A stretch of DNA of 28,869 bases, taken from NCBI GenBank assembly GCA_034189845.1, contig JAXHUB010000144.1, positions 1-28,869 on the forward strand. The letters run 5' to 3'. The notes under the pieces are model-generated. The model searched no databases. It saw nothing but the letters and a program-made list of their open reading frames with translations, and was not told the DNA's origin. Source of the stretch: Candidatus Cloacimonadota bacterium (lineage in GTDB: Bacteria > Cloacimonadota > Cloacimonadia > Cloacimonadales > TCS61). The position numbers and the translations under genes were made by a program. The first letter of the stretch is position 1. The number at the start of each line of letters is the position of its first letter. This document shows, piece after piece, positions 9,021-17,167 of the stretch.

Positions 9021-10333
9021 GGTTTTATAAACTCTCCCGTCCCTGGTTTAGCTATTATTCCCTTTTTATCATCAAAAATTAATTTACCTCGCAGCAGCGT
9101 TTTTTCTATTTTGCCTTGGAATTTTTCGTTTTGAAAAGGTGTTATTTTTCCTTTGGAATAGAAATTATCACCATTCACCCGCCATCTTTTGTTCTGGTCG
9201 AATATTATAAGATCAGCATCATTCCCCACTGAAATAGCTCCCTTATCTTTCAATCTATACTTTTGGGCTGCCTTAAAAGATATTATTTCTAACAAACGAG
9301 CCAAGCCTATTTTTTTCTTCAAAAATCCGTAGTTATAAAGATAGGTAAATGAAGTTTCCAGCCCCGGAATACCTGAGTAAGCTTGTAAAATTGATGTATT
9401 CTTCATAGCAGCCGGAGCGGGAGCATGATCGGTAGCTATAAAATCTAAATCTCCATTTTCTATAAATTGCCAAAGTTTTTCTCTGTTCCCTGCTTTTTTT
9501 ACTGGCGGAGTTACTTTCAAAGGAGTACCCATTTTTTGAAAATCATTTAAATCGAAATTTAAATAGTGTGGCGCTGTTTCCCCCGTCACAGCTGAGCTAG
9601 CGATCACCTGCGCTGCTGCTGCACTGCTAACGTGCACCACGTGCAGATCTGCACCAACACTTTCTGCTAAAGTAACAGCTGTTTTCACTGCCAGCATTTC
9701 GGCAATTTCGGGACGTGTTTGGTAATATCCCATCACACTATCTGCAAATCCAGCTTTCTGAGCAGATTGAATATAGCTAACATCCTCGGCATGCACCAAA
9801 ATTGGTCGATTATATTTCTTTGCTGTTTTAAGCACCTGTTCCAGTTGAAAATGATCGAGACTACGAAAACTCTCCATCCCCGATATAAGGTAGGTTTTAA
9901 AACCTGGCACAAATTCACTTAATTCAGCTATATTTGTTTCTCTATCGTTAAAACTCTCTCCCGAAATGCCGCCATACAAAGCAAAATCTATTATAGCTTT
10001 TGACTCTATTGTTTTCAGCTTTGTGTGCAGATTCTGCAACGTGGTAACCGGCGGCAATGAAGTGCAAGGCATATCGATAATGGTAGTTACGCCGCCGGCA
10101 GCAGCGGCGCAGGTTCCGGTATAAAAATCTTCACGCTCAGTAAATCCCGGGTCGTTCAGATGTACATGTGGATCAATAACTCCTGGAAAAACTAACTTGC
10201 CTTTCACATCCAAAATTTTTGAGCCGGCTAAATTATTACCTATCTTAGCAATTTTGCCATTTTTTATTAAAATATCGCATTTTACAAAATCGTTCTTACC
10301 AGGTAATGCTGCTAAAGTATTTTTTATTATCAT
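9017..10333 (-). CDS. Cyclic amidohydrolase (allantoinase/dihydroorotase/hydantoinase family)
   Basis: PGVIDPHVH, AAAAGGVTTIIDMP, FK (carboxylated Lys), HAED, HVS, ETAPHYL, KVTPP and TDHAP. Start placed at ATG 10333 (ATGA overlap with thiN, GGGAGAGG upstream) rather than 10348. Confidence 0.85.
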   Translation of the reverse strand: MIIKNTLAALPGKNDFVKCDILIKNGKIAKIGNNLAGSKILDVKGKLVFPGVIDPHVHLNDPGFTEREDFYTGTCAAAAGGVTTIIDMPCTSLPPVTTLQNLHTKLKTIESKAIIDFALYGGISGESFNDRETNIAELSEFVPGFKTYLISGMESFRSLDHFQLEQVLKTAKKYNRPILVHAEDVSYIQSAQKAGFADSVMGYYQTRPEIAEMLAVKTAVTLAESVGADLHVVHVSSAAAAQVIASSAVTGETAPHYLNFDLNDFQKMGTPLKVTPPVKKAGNREKLWQFIENGDLDFIATDHAPAPAAMKNTSILQAYSGIPGLETSFTYLYNYGFLKKKIGLARLLEIISFKAAQKYRLKDKGAISVGNDADLIIFDQNKRWRVNGDNFYSKGKITPFQNEKFQGKIEKTLLRGKLIFDDKKGIIAKPGTGEFIKP

Positions 10334-10959
10334 TTTCCCTCTCCCCAATGCAAATAGATTGCCAATTCTCCATTGCTAAATTCAATTTCAGCCACTTCTG
10401 CTATGATCTTATTGCTAATTCCTAAAAAATGGTGTTCAAAATTTTTATTTTGCAAAATATATTTAAATCCAGATAGGACTATATTTTTAACCTCAGAAAA
10501 AGACCAAAAAGAAACTATATTACCCATCTGATTCTGTAAAATTGTCTTTCCCGGCTTTAAAAAACTAAGCATTCCAATATCATCATAAATTTGGACAGGA
10601 ATTTTTCTGGAGAAATTTCTTAATATAAGATAATTAGCAAATGTGTGGTCAGCCCTGTTGCCAAAGGCATTCAATACTATTATTTCATCAGGACTTAGGC
10701 TCTCAGTAAATTTAAGTACTTTTTCCATATCAGTTGTTTCCTGATCTGGATTGAAAATTTTCTTAGTTTTTTTGGAAAGTAATTTATCTCTTGGCACCGA
10801 ATCCATATCACCAATCAGATAATCTGGTTCTATGCCCATCTGTTTACAGGCCTCTATGCCTCCATCGGCAGCAACTATCAGTCGGCACTGGTCTATTGCT
10901 TTCCGAAAAATTGAGGGTTGCACCCTTTTCCCATTTGCTACAATCAAGATCTTTTCCAC
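10330..10959 (-). CDS. thiN: Thiamine diphosphokinase
   Basis: AADGG, IGDMDSV, DQETTDMEK and GNRADH. GTG start with AGGAG upstream. Confidence 0.9.
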   Translation of the reverse strand: MEKILIVANGKRVQPSIFRKAIDQCRLIVAADGGIEACKQMGIEPDYLIGDMDSVPRDKLLSKKTKKIFNPDQETTDMEKVLKFTESLSPDEIIVLNAFGNRADHTFANYLILRNFSRKIPVQIYDDIGMLSFLKPGKTILQNQMGNIVSFWSFSEVKNIVLSGFKYILQNKNFEHHFLGISNKIIAEVAEIEFSNGELAIYLHWGEGK

Positions 10960-10979
10960 TTTTAACTCCTAGCTGGTAA

Positions 10980-11007
10980 ATTATCAAAAAATAACTCTGC
11001 CTTGCAA
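10980..11007 (-). promoter_or_regulatory. Putative sigma70 promoter of the thiN-xdhC operon
   Basis: The minus strand reads TTGCAA-16 nt-GATAAT just upstream of the thiN RBS. Confidence 0.35.
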
Positions 11008-11068
11008 GAAGTTTTTCTTGACCTAAAGTGCTGAAAATGAAATTAAAAAAAATGCTAAGGAGAGTTAT

Positions 11069-11976
11069 TTGGTTGGACGCAGCTATTTATATTGTTTTTT
11101 AGGAATTTTCTTTTTCGACCTATGAAATTGTGGGCAAACTTTTCGAGGCACATATTCCTCCGGTAGCCATAACTTCTTTTCGTTTTTTTATTGGTTCTTT
11201 GGTATTAGCACCCTGTGCCTATTTTTATTGGAAAAAACGCACTCAACCTGTCGGCATTTCCGATCTATGGCAAATGGGAATTCCTATCATGTTGAATGTT
11301 GCTATTAGTATGTTGTTCTTGCATCTTTCTGTAGTTTACGGTAAAGCTTCTTTAGCTGCTATCCTTATCAGTTCCAATCCGCTTTTTGTAGGAATTTTCG
11401 CATGGTTATTGCTGAAAGAAACTATTTCCAAATTAAAAATAGTCGGTATTTTTGTAGGATTAGCAAGCATGGTATTGGTAGTTTTAGGCGAAAAAACTCT
11501 ATTCTCTGGTTCTAAAAATATCTGTTTAGGACTGCTTTTCGGTCTTATCTCTTCTCTTACTCTTGCTTTCTACACTGTGCTTTCCAAAAAATATGTTTTA
11601 AAGTTCGGAAGTTTGGTCTTCAACTCTATTTCCTTCATGATAGGCTCGCTAGTATTGATGTTTATTGGAATTATCTGTGGATTCCAAATCTCATTTCAAC
11701 TTAGTACCAATAATTTGCTAGCATTGTTGTATTTGGGAATATTTGTTTCTAGAATTGGTTATTTTCTCTTTTTTGAAGGTTTGCAAAATATTCCCACAGC
11801 CAATGGTTCAATGTTTTTTTTAAAAACCTTTTATCATGAGCATTTTAGCATTTTTCATCCTGCAAGAAAATGTCTATTTCTTACAAATAATTGGAGTTAT
11901 GATAGTTATTTTTGGTTTGAATTTAGAACGTTTGTTTACCAATCGATCTCAATTTGGTAAAGTATCGGATCTTTAA
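11069..11976 (+). pseudogene. EamA/DMT-family transporter interrupted by two +1 frameshifts
   Basis: AAGGAG RBS then TTG 11069 (VGRSYLYCFLGIFF). An extra base in the T5 run at 11111-11115 separates it from STYEIVGK; an extra base in T8A5 at 11814-11826 separates it from KPFIMSILAFFILQE...IIGVMIVIFG, ending at TAA 11974-11976. The hydrophobic two-repeat EamA pattern is clear. Confidence 0.75.
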
Positions 11977-12616
11977 TTCCAGCCTCTTTAAAAGCTCTTA
12001 TCCGAAGCTTGCAGCTTTCGCAAACCCCACAGGCAACCTGGTTATTTTTGTAGCAGCTCCAACTATAATGGAGAGGTGCTTTTAACTTTTTTCCCAACAT
12101 CACAATTTGACTCTTATGTTTATGAATTATCGGGGTTTTTATTTCAATTATAGTATCATCTTTAGTACCCAAATCTATTGCCTTTTGGAAAGCTCGGTAA
12201 AAACTTTCACGGCAATCAGGATAGCCAGAACTGTCCTCTTCCATTGCTCCTATATATATACGATTTGCCTCAATTACTTCTGCCCAACTAACAGCAATAC
12301 TAAGCAAATGCGCATTCCTAAAAGGGACATAAGTATTGGGAATTTTATTTAGTTCTGAGCTAGAAGACATTCTTATTTTATCATCGATGAGACTTGAGCC
12401 GCCAATTTGCTGTAAATATGAAATATCTGCTAAAAGTGTATTCTTGGGTTGGTAAAATTCACTAATATTATGAAAAGCCTCCAGCTCTTTTTCATGTGTT
12501 AGCTGACCGTAATTCAGATGTAAAAAATTAATTTCATCGCAATCTTTATTGGCCACAGCTGCAGTTACCAAGCTGTCCAATCCTCCACTTATCAAAACAA
12601 TTGCTTTCTTTTTCAT
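11936..12616 (-). CDS. queC: 7-cyano-7-deazaguanine synthase
   Basis: SGGLDS, YGQ, YVPFRN, GYPDCR, WSCY and CGVCESC. Start placed at ATG 12616 (ATGA overlap with the upstream gene). Confidence 0.95.
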   Translation of the reverse strand: MKKKAIVLISGGLDSLVTAAVANKDCDEINFLHLNYGQLTHEKELEAFHNISEFYQPKNTLLADISYLQQIGGSSLIDDKIRMSSSSELNKIPNTYVPFRNAHLLSIAVSWAEVIEANRIYIGAMEEDSSGYPDCRESFYRAFQKAIDLGTKDDTIIEIKTPIIHKHKSQIVMLGKKLKAPLHYSWSCYKNNQVACGVCESCKLRIRAFKEAGIKDPILYQIEIDW

Positions 12617-14061
12617 TTTAACTCCCATTTCTTAGATAAAAATTTTACAGCCTCACGAAAACTAAGCGGATCCACATACAATGTTTTCTGTTTATCGTAA
12701 ATAACAAATCCTGGAGGACTACCTTTGGGTTTTCGTACATATCGAATCTGCGTGTAGTCTACCGGTACATTTCTGCTCTTTTTAGCTTTACTGAAATATG
12801 CAGCCAATCGGCAGCAAATCAGTTTGAGTTCTTCAGGCAATTCCTGTTTTGTCAGATTGCGCAAAACCACATGTGTCCCTTTAAAAATACGGGTATGAAA
12901 CCACCAATCATGAGGTTGAGCCAAGGTTTTTGTTAGGAAATCATTCTCCTTGCTCGAACGACCCACAAATATCTGCCAAGAATCACCCAACTTAATTCTT
13001 TTATACTTTTTTTGTGTTCTACTTGTTCCTCTCTCTTCATTTTGGTATATTAGAAAATCTTTATCCTGAATTTCAGCTATCTGTAATTCCAAATTAGAAA
13101 TCTCTTGCTCAGTCAATTTTATCTGTTCTGCTATTTTTTTCTTACCATCTCTGGCTTTTCTGTATTTTTTAAAATATTTTTCTACATTTTGTAGCGGTGT
13201 TAGTTCTGCCTGCAAGGGAATTTCTATCTCTGGGAATCCTTCTTCATAATAATTTTTCAATATTATGGAATCCGCTCCGTTCTTTATTCGATTAAAATTG
13301 GCATTCAATAGTTCCGCATACTGTTTCCATTTTTTCTCTTTAGAAGCTGTTTGCAGTTCTTTATCCAAATTATCTAATTTCCGTTCTTTCTTGCTTATTT
13401 GCTGACGCAAATTTTTTATTTTTTTTTGCTTAATCCTTTTATTACGTTTCTCTAACACACTTTCATAATACAATTTTTCAAAAATAAGGTTCATGTCTTC
13501 TGTACCTTGTAAATTGTTTTCTTCTAGCTGCAAATTTTCATTCAGGCATATCGGAAATCGTACCTTTTTTTCTGTTATGATGAAATTTGTAGTAGGTTTT
13601 TCGTATTTTAACCCTGGAAGTATTTGGCGTGTTCTATTTTCGGCATAACTAATTTTCCTTCTACATTCTAATATCTTTTCGTTTCCATCTGTTAAAATTA
13701 TATTCTGGTAGCGGGGAATTAATTCCAGAAATAAAAAATATCTGTTTTCCCTGTTGTAAATATCAATTTTAGAAAATTCGAATTTTAGAATACGGTCTTG
13801 GTTATCAATAGAAACCTTTTCTGGTTGTGTATCTTTCAAAATTTCAAGGAATTTATTTAGAGTATTATCTTTCTGAAAAGGAAGCATCTGCTTTTGAGTA
13901 AAAAAACAAAAGCCACCATCGTTTCCTAAATTTATCTGGAGAATGTTTTTTTTCTTAACAAAAAATAGAACGTACTGATCCTCGAATCGTTGTAAGTCTT
14001 TTATACGTTTGTTTCCCAATTTAACCTGTTCTGCCCACGCTTTCAGAAATTTATAGTCCAT
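12613..14061 (-). CDS. rqcH: NFACT/RqcH (Rqc2, FbpA-like) ribosome quality-control protein
   Basis: DRIL and ELIPRYQNIILTD N-terminal domain, a coiled coil, NVEKYFKKYRKA, then VGRSSKENDFLT...DWWFH...GTHVVL and VPVDYT C-terminal domain. Confidence 0.9.
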   Translation of the reverse strand: MDYKFLKAWAEQVKLGNKRIKDLQRFEDQYVLFFVKKKNILQINLGNDGGFCFFTQKQMLPFQKDNTLNKFLEILKDTQPEKVSIDNQDRILKFEFSKIDIYNRENRYFLFLELIPRYQNIILTDGNEKILECRRKISYAENRTRQILPGLKYEKPTTNFIITEKKVRFPICLNENLQLEENNLQGTEDMNLIFEKLYYESVLEKRNKRIKQKKIKNLRQQISKKERKLDNLDKELQTASKEKKWKQYAELLNANFNRIKNGADSIILKNYYEEGFPEIEIPLQAELTPLQNVEKYFKKYRKARDGKKKIAEQIKLTEQEISNLELQIAEIQDKDFLIYQNEERGTSRTQKKYKRIKLGDSWQIFVGRSSKENDFLTKTLAQPHDWWFHTRIFKGTHVVLRNLTKQELPEELKLICCRLAAYFSKAKKSRNVPVDYTQIRYVRKPKGSPPGFVIYDKQKTLYVDPLSFREAVKFLSKKWELK

Positions 14062-14153
14062 ATAACCTCCGTTTCTACAAAAATGTCGCTGCTTATTTTG
14101 TCTACTAAGAAATGAAACTATGCTTCGAATTCACTAAGATCTCAATAAATATT

Positions 14154-14181
14154 TTGACGAATTAAATTTGTTTTATATTTT
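14154..14181 (+). promoter_or_regulatory. Putative sigma70 promoter of the outer-membrane protein gene
   Basis: TTGACG-16 nt-TATTTT, followed by a GGGAGG RBS before ATG 14206. Confidence 0.4.
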
Positions 14182-14205
14182 AGGTAAAAAAAAGAGGGAG
14201 GCCAA

Positions 14206-15654
14206 ATGAAAAAGATAACTTTTTTTGCTTTAATATTATTTTTTGTCAGCTTGTTTTCTCAACAAGAAGAGTCTGGAACCAACATGGGTGGTGGAGTAGG
14301 AACCGTGATGATGGGAAATCAAACTTACACACGCTTGCAACTTACCCCCGAATTTAGAATGGGAAAATTTGCAGCTGGATTAAATTTTGATCTACTAATA
14401 GACAGCGACGGCAATATTCGCGAAGAAGATTGGGATGAATGGCAAGATTATTTGAATAAAATTTATTACGTTCGTTATGGACTTAGGGGCGATACATTTT
14501 TTGCCAAAGTAGGAGGTTTTGAAGACTATAGCTTGGGAAAAGGATTGGTAATGAAAAACTATAGCAATATGCTGCGCTATCCCCAAGTTCGCCAGATAGG
14601 CTTGCAAGTTGGGGGTAAATTACCATTTTCCGATCTGCGATTAGAATTCTTCTCTTCCAACCTAGCAGAAAACGACATTTTAGCTGGTCGTGCACAATTC
14701 AAACCCTTCCGTGAAATGCCAATTCCTTTGCTAAACAACATAATTTTAGGTGGAACTATAGCTCACGACCGCAATCAAATTAACGGCCTGATAGATACTG
14801 ATGAAGATGGATACGCTGACTATTTCGATGATTACCCAAACAACGATAACTGGCACAACGAAGTTGACAGAAAACGCGATTATTACCTGAGTTTATATGA
14901 GGAAATTAACGATGATTCTACCGGTTTCACTAACTGGTTCGAAAATTCTTCTATCTTACCACGTAATCCTTCTATGAAAGATTTAGGTGAAGATGATGTT
15001 ACAGTGTGGGGAATAGATTACGAATTGCCACTTTATCAATCTGACCTATTTTATTTAAGTAACTATGGTGAAATGGCTCAGATAATTGACCACAATATGG
15101 GCTTCATCTTCCCTGGTTTCTATGCTAAGTTTCTCATTTTCCAGATGAATTTGGAATACAGGACCTATCAGGATGATTTTGAACCCAATTTTTTCGATTA
15201 TCTTTATGATGAACAGCGTGCTAGCGTACAAGATAGCACTGTTTATGCGAAAGAAGAAACTTTAGCCAATAGGGTTAAAACACACGGTTGGTTCGGTAGC
15301 CTTACTTCCAACATTTTAGATTTAGTAAAGCTCACAGTTTCCTATGAAGATATGTATAAAGAAGATGAAGGTAGCTACAGAGGAATTTGGGGAACTTTGT
15401 CATTAAATACCAGATATATACCCAAGCTTAGAACAGCTGAAGTTTCCTATGGCCAAACCGGTTTCGATAAATTAAAATACTTTAAAACTCCAAATGCATA
15501 TATCAAAGGTAAATTGGGCTATTCCCTGGCAGCCAATACTGAATTAGTAGGTTCTTATCAGGAAAGATATATTGATAAAGACGGCTCCGGAAAAATCGAG
15601 GGAAAAAATGAAACACTAAAGACAATGAATTTTGGTGTTCAATTCCGATTTTAA
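14206..15654 (+). CDS. Secreted protein, probable outer-membrane beta-barrel of unknown function
   Basis: Sec signal peptide (MKKITFFALILFFVSLFS), alternating hydrophobic beta-strand segments, C-terminal FGVQFRF and acidic DxDxDG loops. Confidence 0.6.
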   Translation: MKKITFFALILFFVSLFSQQEESGTNMGGGVGTVMMGNQTYTRLQLTPEFRMGKFAAGLNFDLLIDSDGNIREEDWDEWQDYLNKIYYVRYGLRGDTFFAKVGGFEDYSLGKGLVMKNYSNMLRYPQVRQIGLQVGGKLPFSDLRLEFFSSNLAENDILAGRAQFKPFREMPIPLLNNIILGGTIAHDRNQINGLIDTDEDGYADYFDDYPNNDNWHNEVDRKRDYYLSLYEEINDDSTGFTNWFENSSILPRNPSMKDLGEDDVTVWGIDYELPLYQSDLFYLSNYGEMAQIIDHNMGFIFPGFYAKFLIFQMNLEYRTYQDDFEPNFFDYLYDEQRASVQDSTVYAKEETLANRVKTHGWFGSLTSNILDLVKLTVSYEDMYKEDEGSYRGIWGTLSLNTRYIPKLRTAEVSYGQTGFDKLKYFKTPNAYIKGKLGYSLAANTELVGSYQERYIDKDGSGKIEGKNETLKTMNFGVQFRF

Positions 15655-15667
15655 CAGAATTTATTAA

Positions 15668-15698
15668 GACTCTGACCGTCAGGTCAGGGTCATTTTTT
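15668..15698 (+). terminator. Rho-independent terminator
   Basis: 10-bp stem GACTCTGACC/GGTCAGGGTC (one G-U pair), loop GTCA, then ATTTTTT. Confidence 0.7.
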
Positions 15699-15701
15699 CT
15701 C

Positions 15702-16439
15702 ATGAAATTAATCGACTGTCATTGCCATTTTTATAATTTACAAGCTTGGGGACTGCAGAAACAACTGATAAAAGCTAAAGCTGCTGGTATAGAATATTTT
15801 TTGTGCTCAGCTTTAGGAAAACAGGAATTTAAGTGGTATCAGCAAAACATTTTCCCAAATATGAAATGGTATGCTGGCATTCATCCCTTTTACGAAAAGA
15901 ACAATGAGCATGACTTACCTCCGTTGGAAGAACTTTGTAGAAATAAAGAAATAATCGCCATTGGCGAAATCGGTTTGGATGGACGCGCCGATAACAACCA
16001 GTGGCAACGTAAAATATTATTTAAACAATTGGAATTAGCCCAAAGTTACAACTTGCCTGTTGTTTTTCATGTAGTAAAAAATTACTATCAGCTTTATAAG
16101 CTTCTTAAAAAGAATTTCCCTAAAATACGCGGTTTTATGCATGGCTTCAATTCTTCGCGCGAGGTTGCTGAAACATTTTCACAGCTAGAATTGGCTTTCT
16201 CGGTAAATGCTAGGCCGCCTAAAAAAGACGCTTTGCAATTTATCTATAAAAAAGGTAGATTGCTATTGGAAACCGATTCACCTTATCAAAAACCATATAA
16301 CAGCCACATTGATTTCAACGAATTGGCCAACTTGAAGAAAATTGCAGAAAATGTAGCAGAAGAGCTAAGCATTTCTGAGGAAAAATTGAAAAAATTGGAA
16401 AAGACAAATTTGGAAAAATACTTAGGCTTAAAGCTATGA
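15702..16439 (+). CDS. tatD: TatD-family metal-dependent hydrolase
   Basis: DCHCH, GIHP, AIGEIGLD, FHVV, MHGF and ETDSPY. Confidence 0.9.
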   Translation: MKLIDCHCHFYNLQAWGLQKQLIKAKAAGIEYFLCSALGKQEFKWYQQNIFPNMKWYAGIHPFYEKNNEHDLPPLEELCRNKEIIAIGEIGLDGRADNNQWQRKILFKQLELAQSYNLPVVFHVVKNYYQLYKLLKKNFPKIRGFMHGFNSSREVAETFSQLELAFSVNARPPKKDALQFIYKKGRLLLETDSPYQKPYNSHIDFNELANLKKIAENVAEELSISEEKLKKLEKTNLEKYLGLKL

Positions 16440-17167
16440 ACCAATTCAGTCGCACCCAATTACTTTTTGGGAAAGAGGCAATGCAAAATTTCTACAAGGC
16501 TCGTATTGCTATTATGGGACTTGGAGGAGTAGGTTCATATGCAGCTGAAGCTTTAGCGCGAAGCGGTGTTCATAAATTCTTATTGGTCGATTTCGATAAA
16601 GTAAGCCTTTCCAATATAAACCGCCAGTTATTAGCTGTTCACAGCAATTTGGATAAACTGAAAACAGTAGCCATGAAAGAACGAATTTTGGATATTAATC
16701 CTAAGGCGCAGATAGATATTTTTTCCGATTTTTGCGCCGAGGAATCTAGGAATATACTGCTATCTAATTTAGATTTTGTGGTAGATGCCATCGATAGTTT
16801 GGGCCCTAAAGTAGGACTGCTTATAGACTGCTGCAAAAGAAATATTCCCGTGATTTCGGTAATGGGAGCAGCCAGCCGCTTCGATCCTTCTCAAATTGAG
16901 CTCTGTGATATTTCCCAAACCAAGATGTGTCCTCTGGCAAAACGAGTTCGCAACTTATTGCGCCGCCAGAATATAACTTCAGGGATACCTGTCATCTATT
17001 CCAAAGAGAAACCTATTCCACAATTCTCTTATGAACACGGTTCACAGCAAGAATGGGGAGCAGAAAGAGGGCGCAAACGTGGAACTTTGGGTTCAGTAAT
17101 CTATATGCCGGCTATAATGGGCATGTGGGCAGCTAGTTATATTTTGCGAAAATTAAGTACTTGCTAA
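16436..17167 (+). CDS. tcdA: tRNA threonylcarbamoyladenosine dehydratase (ThiF/E1-like family)
   Basis: FSRTQLLFG, GLGGVGSYAAEALARSG, SNINRQL, DAIDS, SVMGA, CPLAKRVR..LR and P..MGMWAAS. Confidence 0.88.
   Translation: MNQFSRTQLLFGKEAMQNFYKARIAIMGLGGVGSYAAEALARSGVHKFLLVDFDKVSLSNINRQLLAVHSNLDKLKTVAMKERILDINPKAQIDIFSDFCAEESRNILLSNLDFVVDAIDSLGPKVGLLIDCCKRNIPVISVMGAASRFDPSQIELCDISQTKMCPLAKRVRNLLRRQNITSGIPVIYSKEKPIPQFSYEHGSQQEWGAERGRKRGTLGSVIYMPAIMGMWAASYILRKLSTC

Noticed and set aside
2-10959. Selenocysteine read-through in the XDH/YgeW locus
   Set aside because: All TGA stops fall at expected protein ends, mostly as ATGA overlaps with the next gene. No split ORFs are seen.
14062-14205. preQ1 riboswitch upstream of the rqcH-queC operon
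   Set aside because: No preQ1 hairpin/A-tail consensus is visible, and queC is the second, translationally coupled gene.
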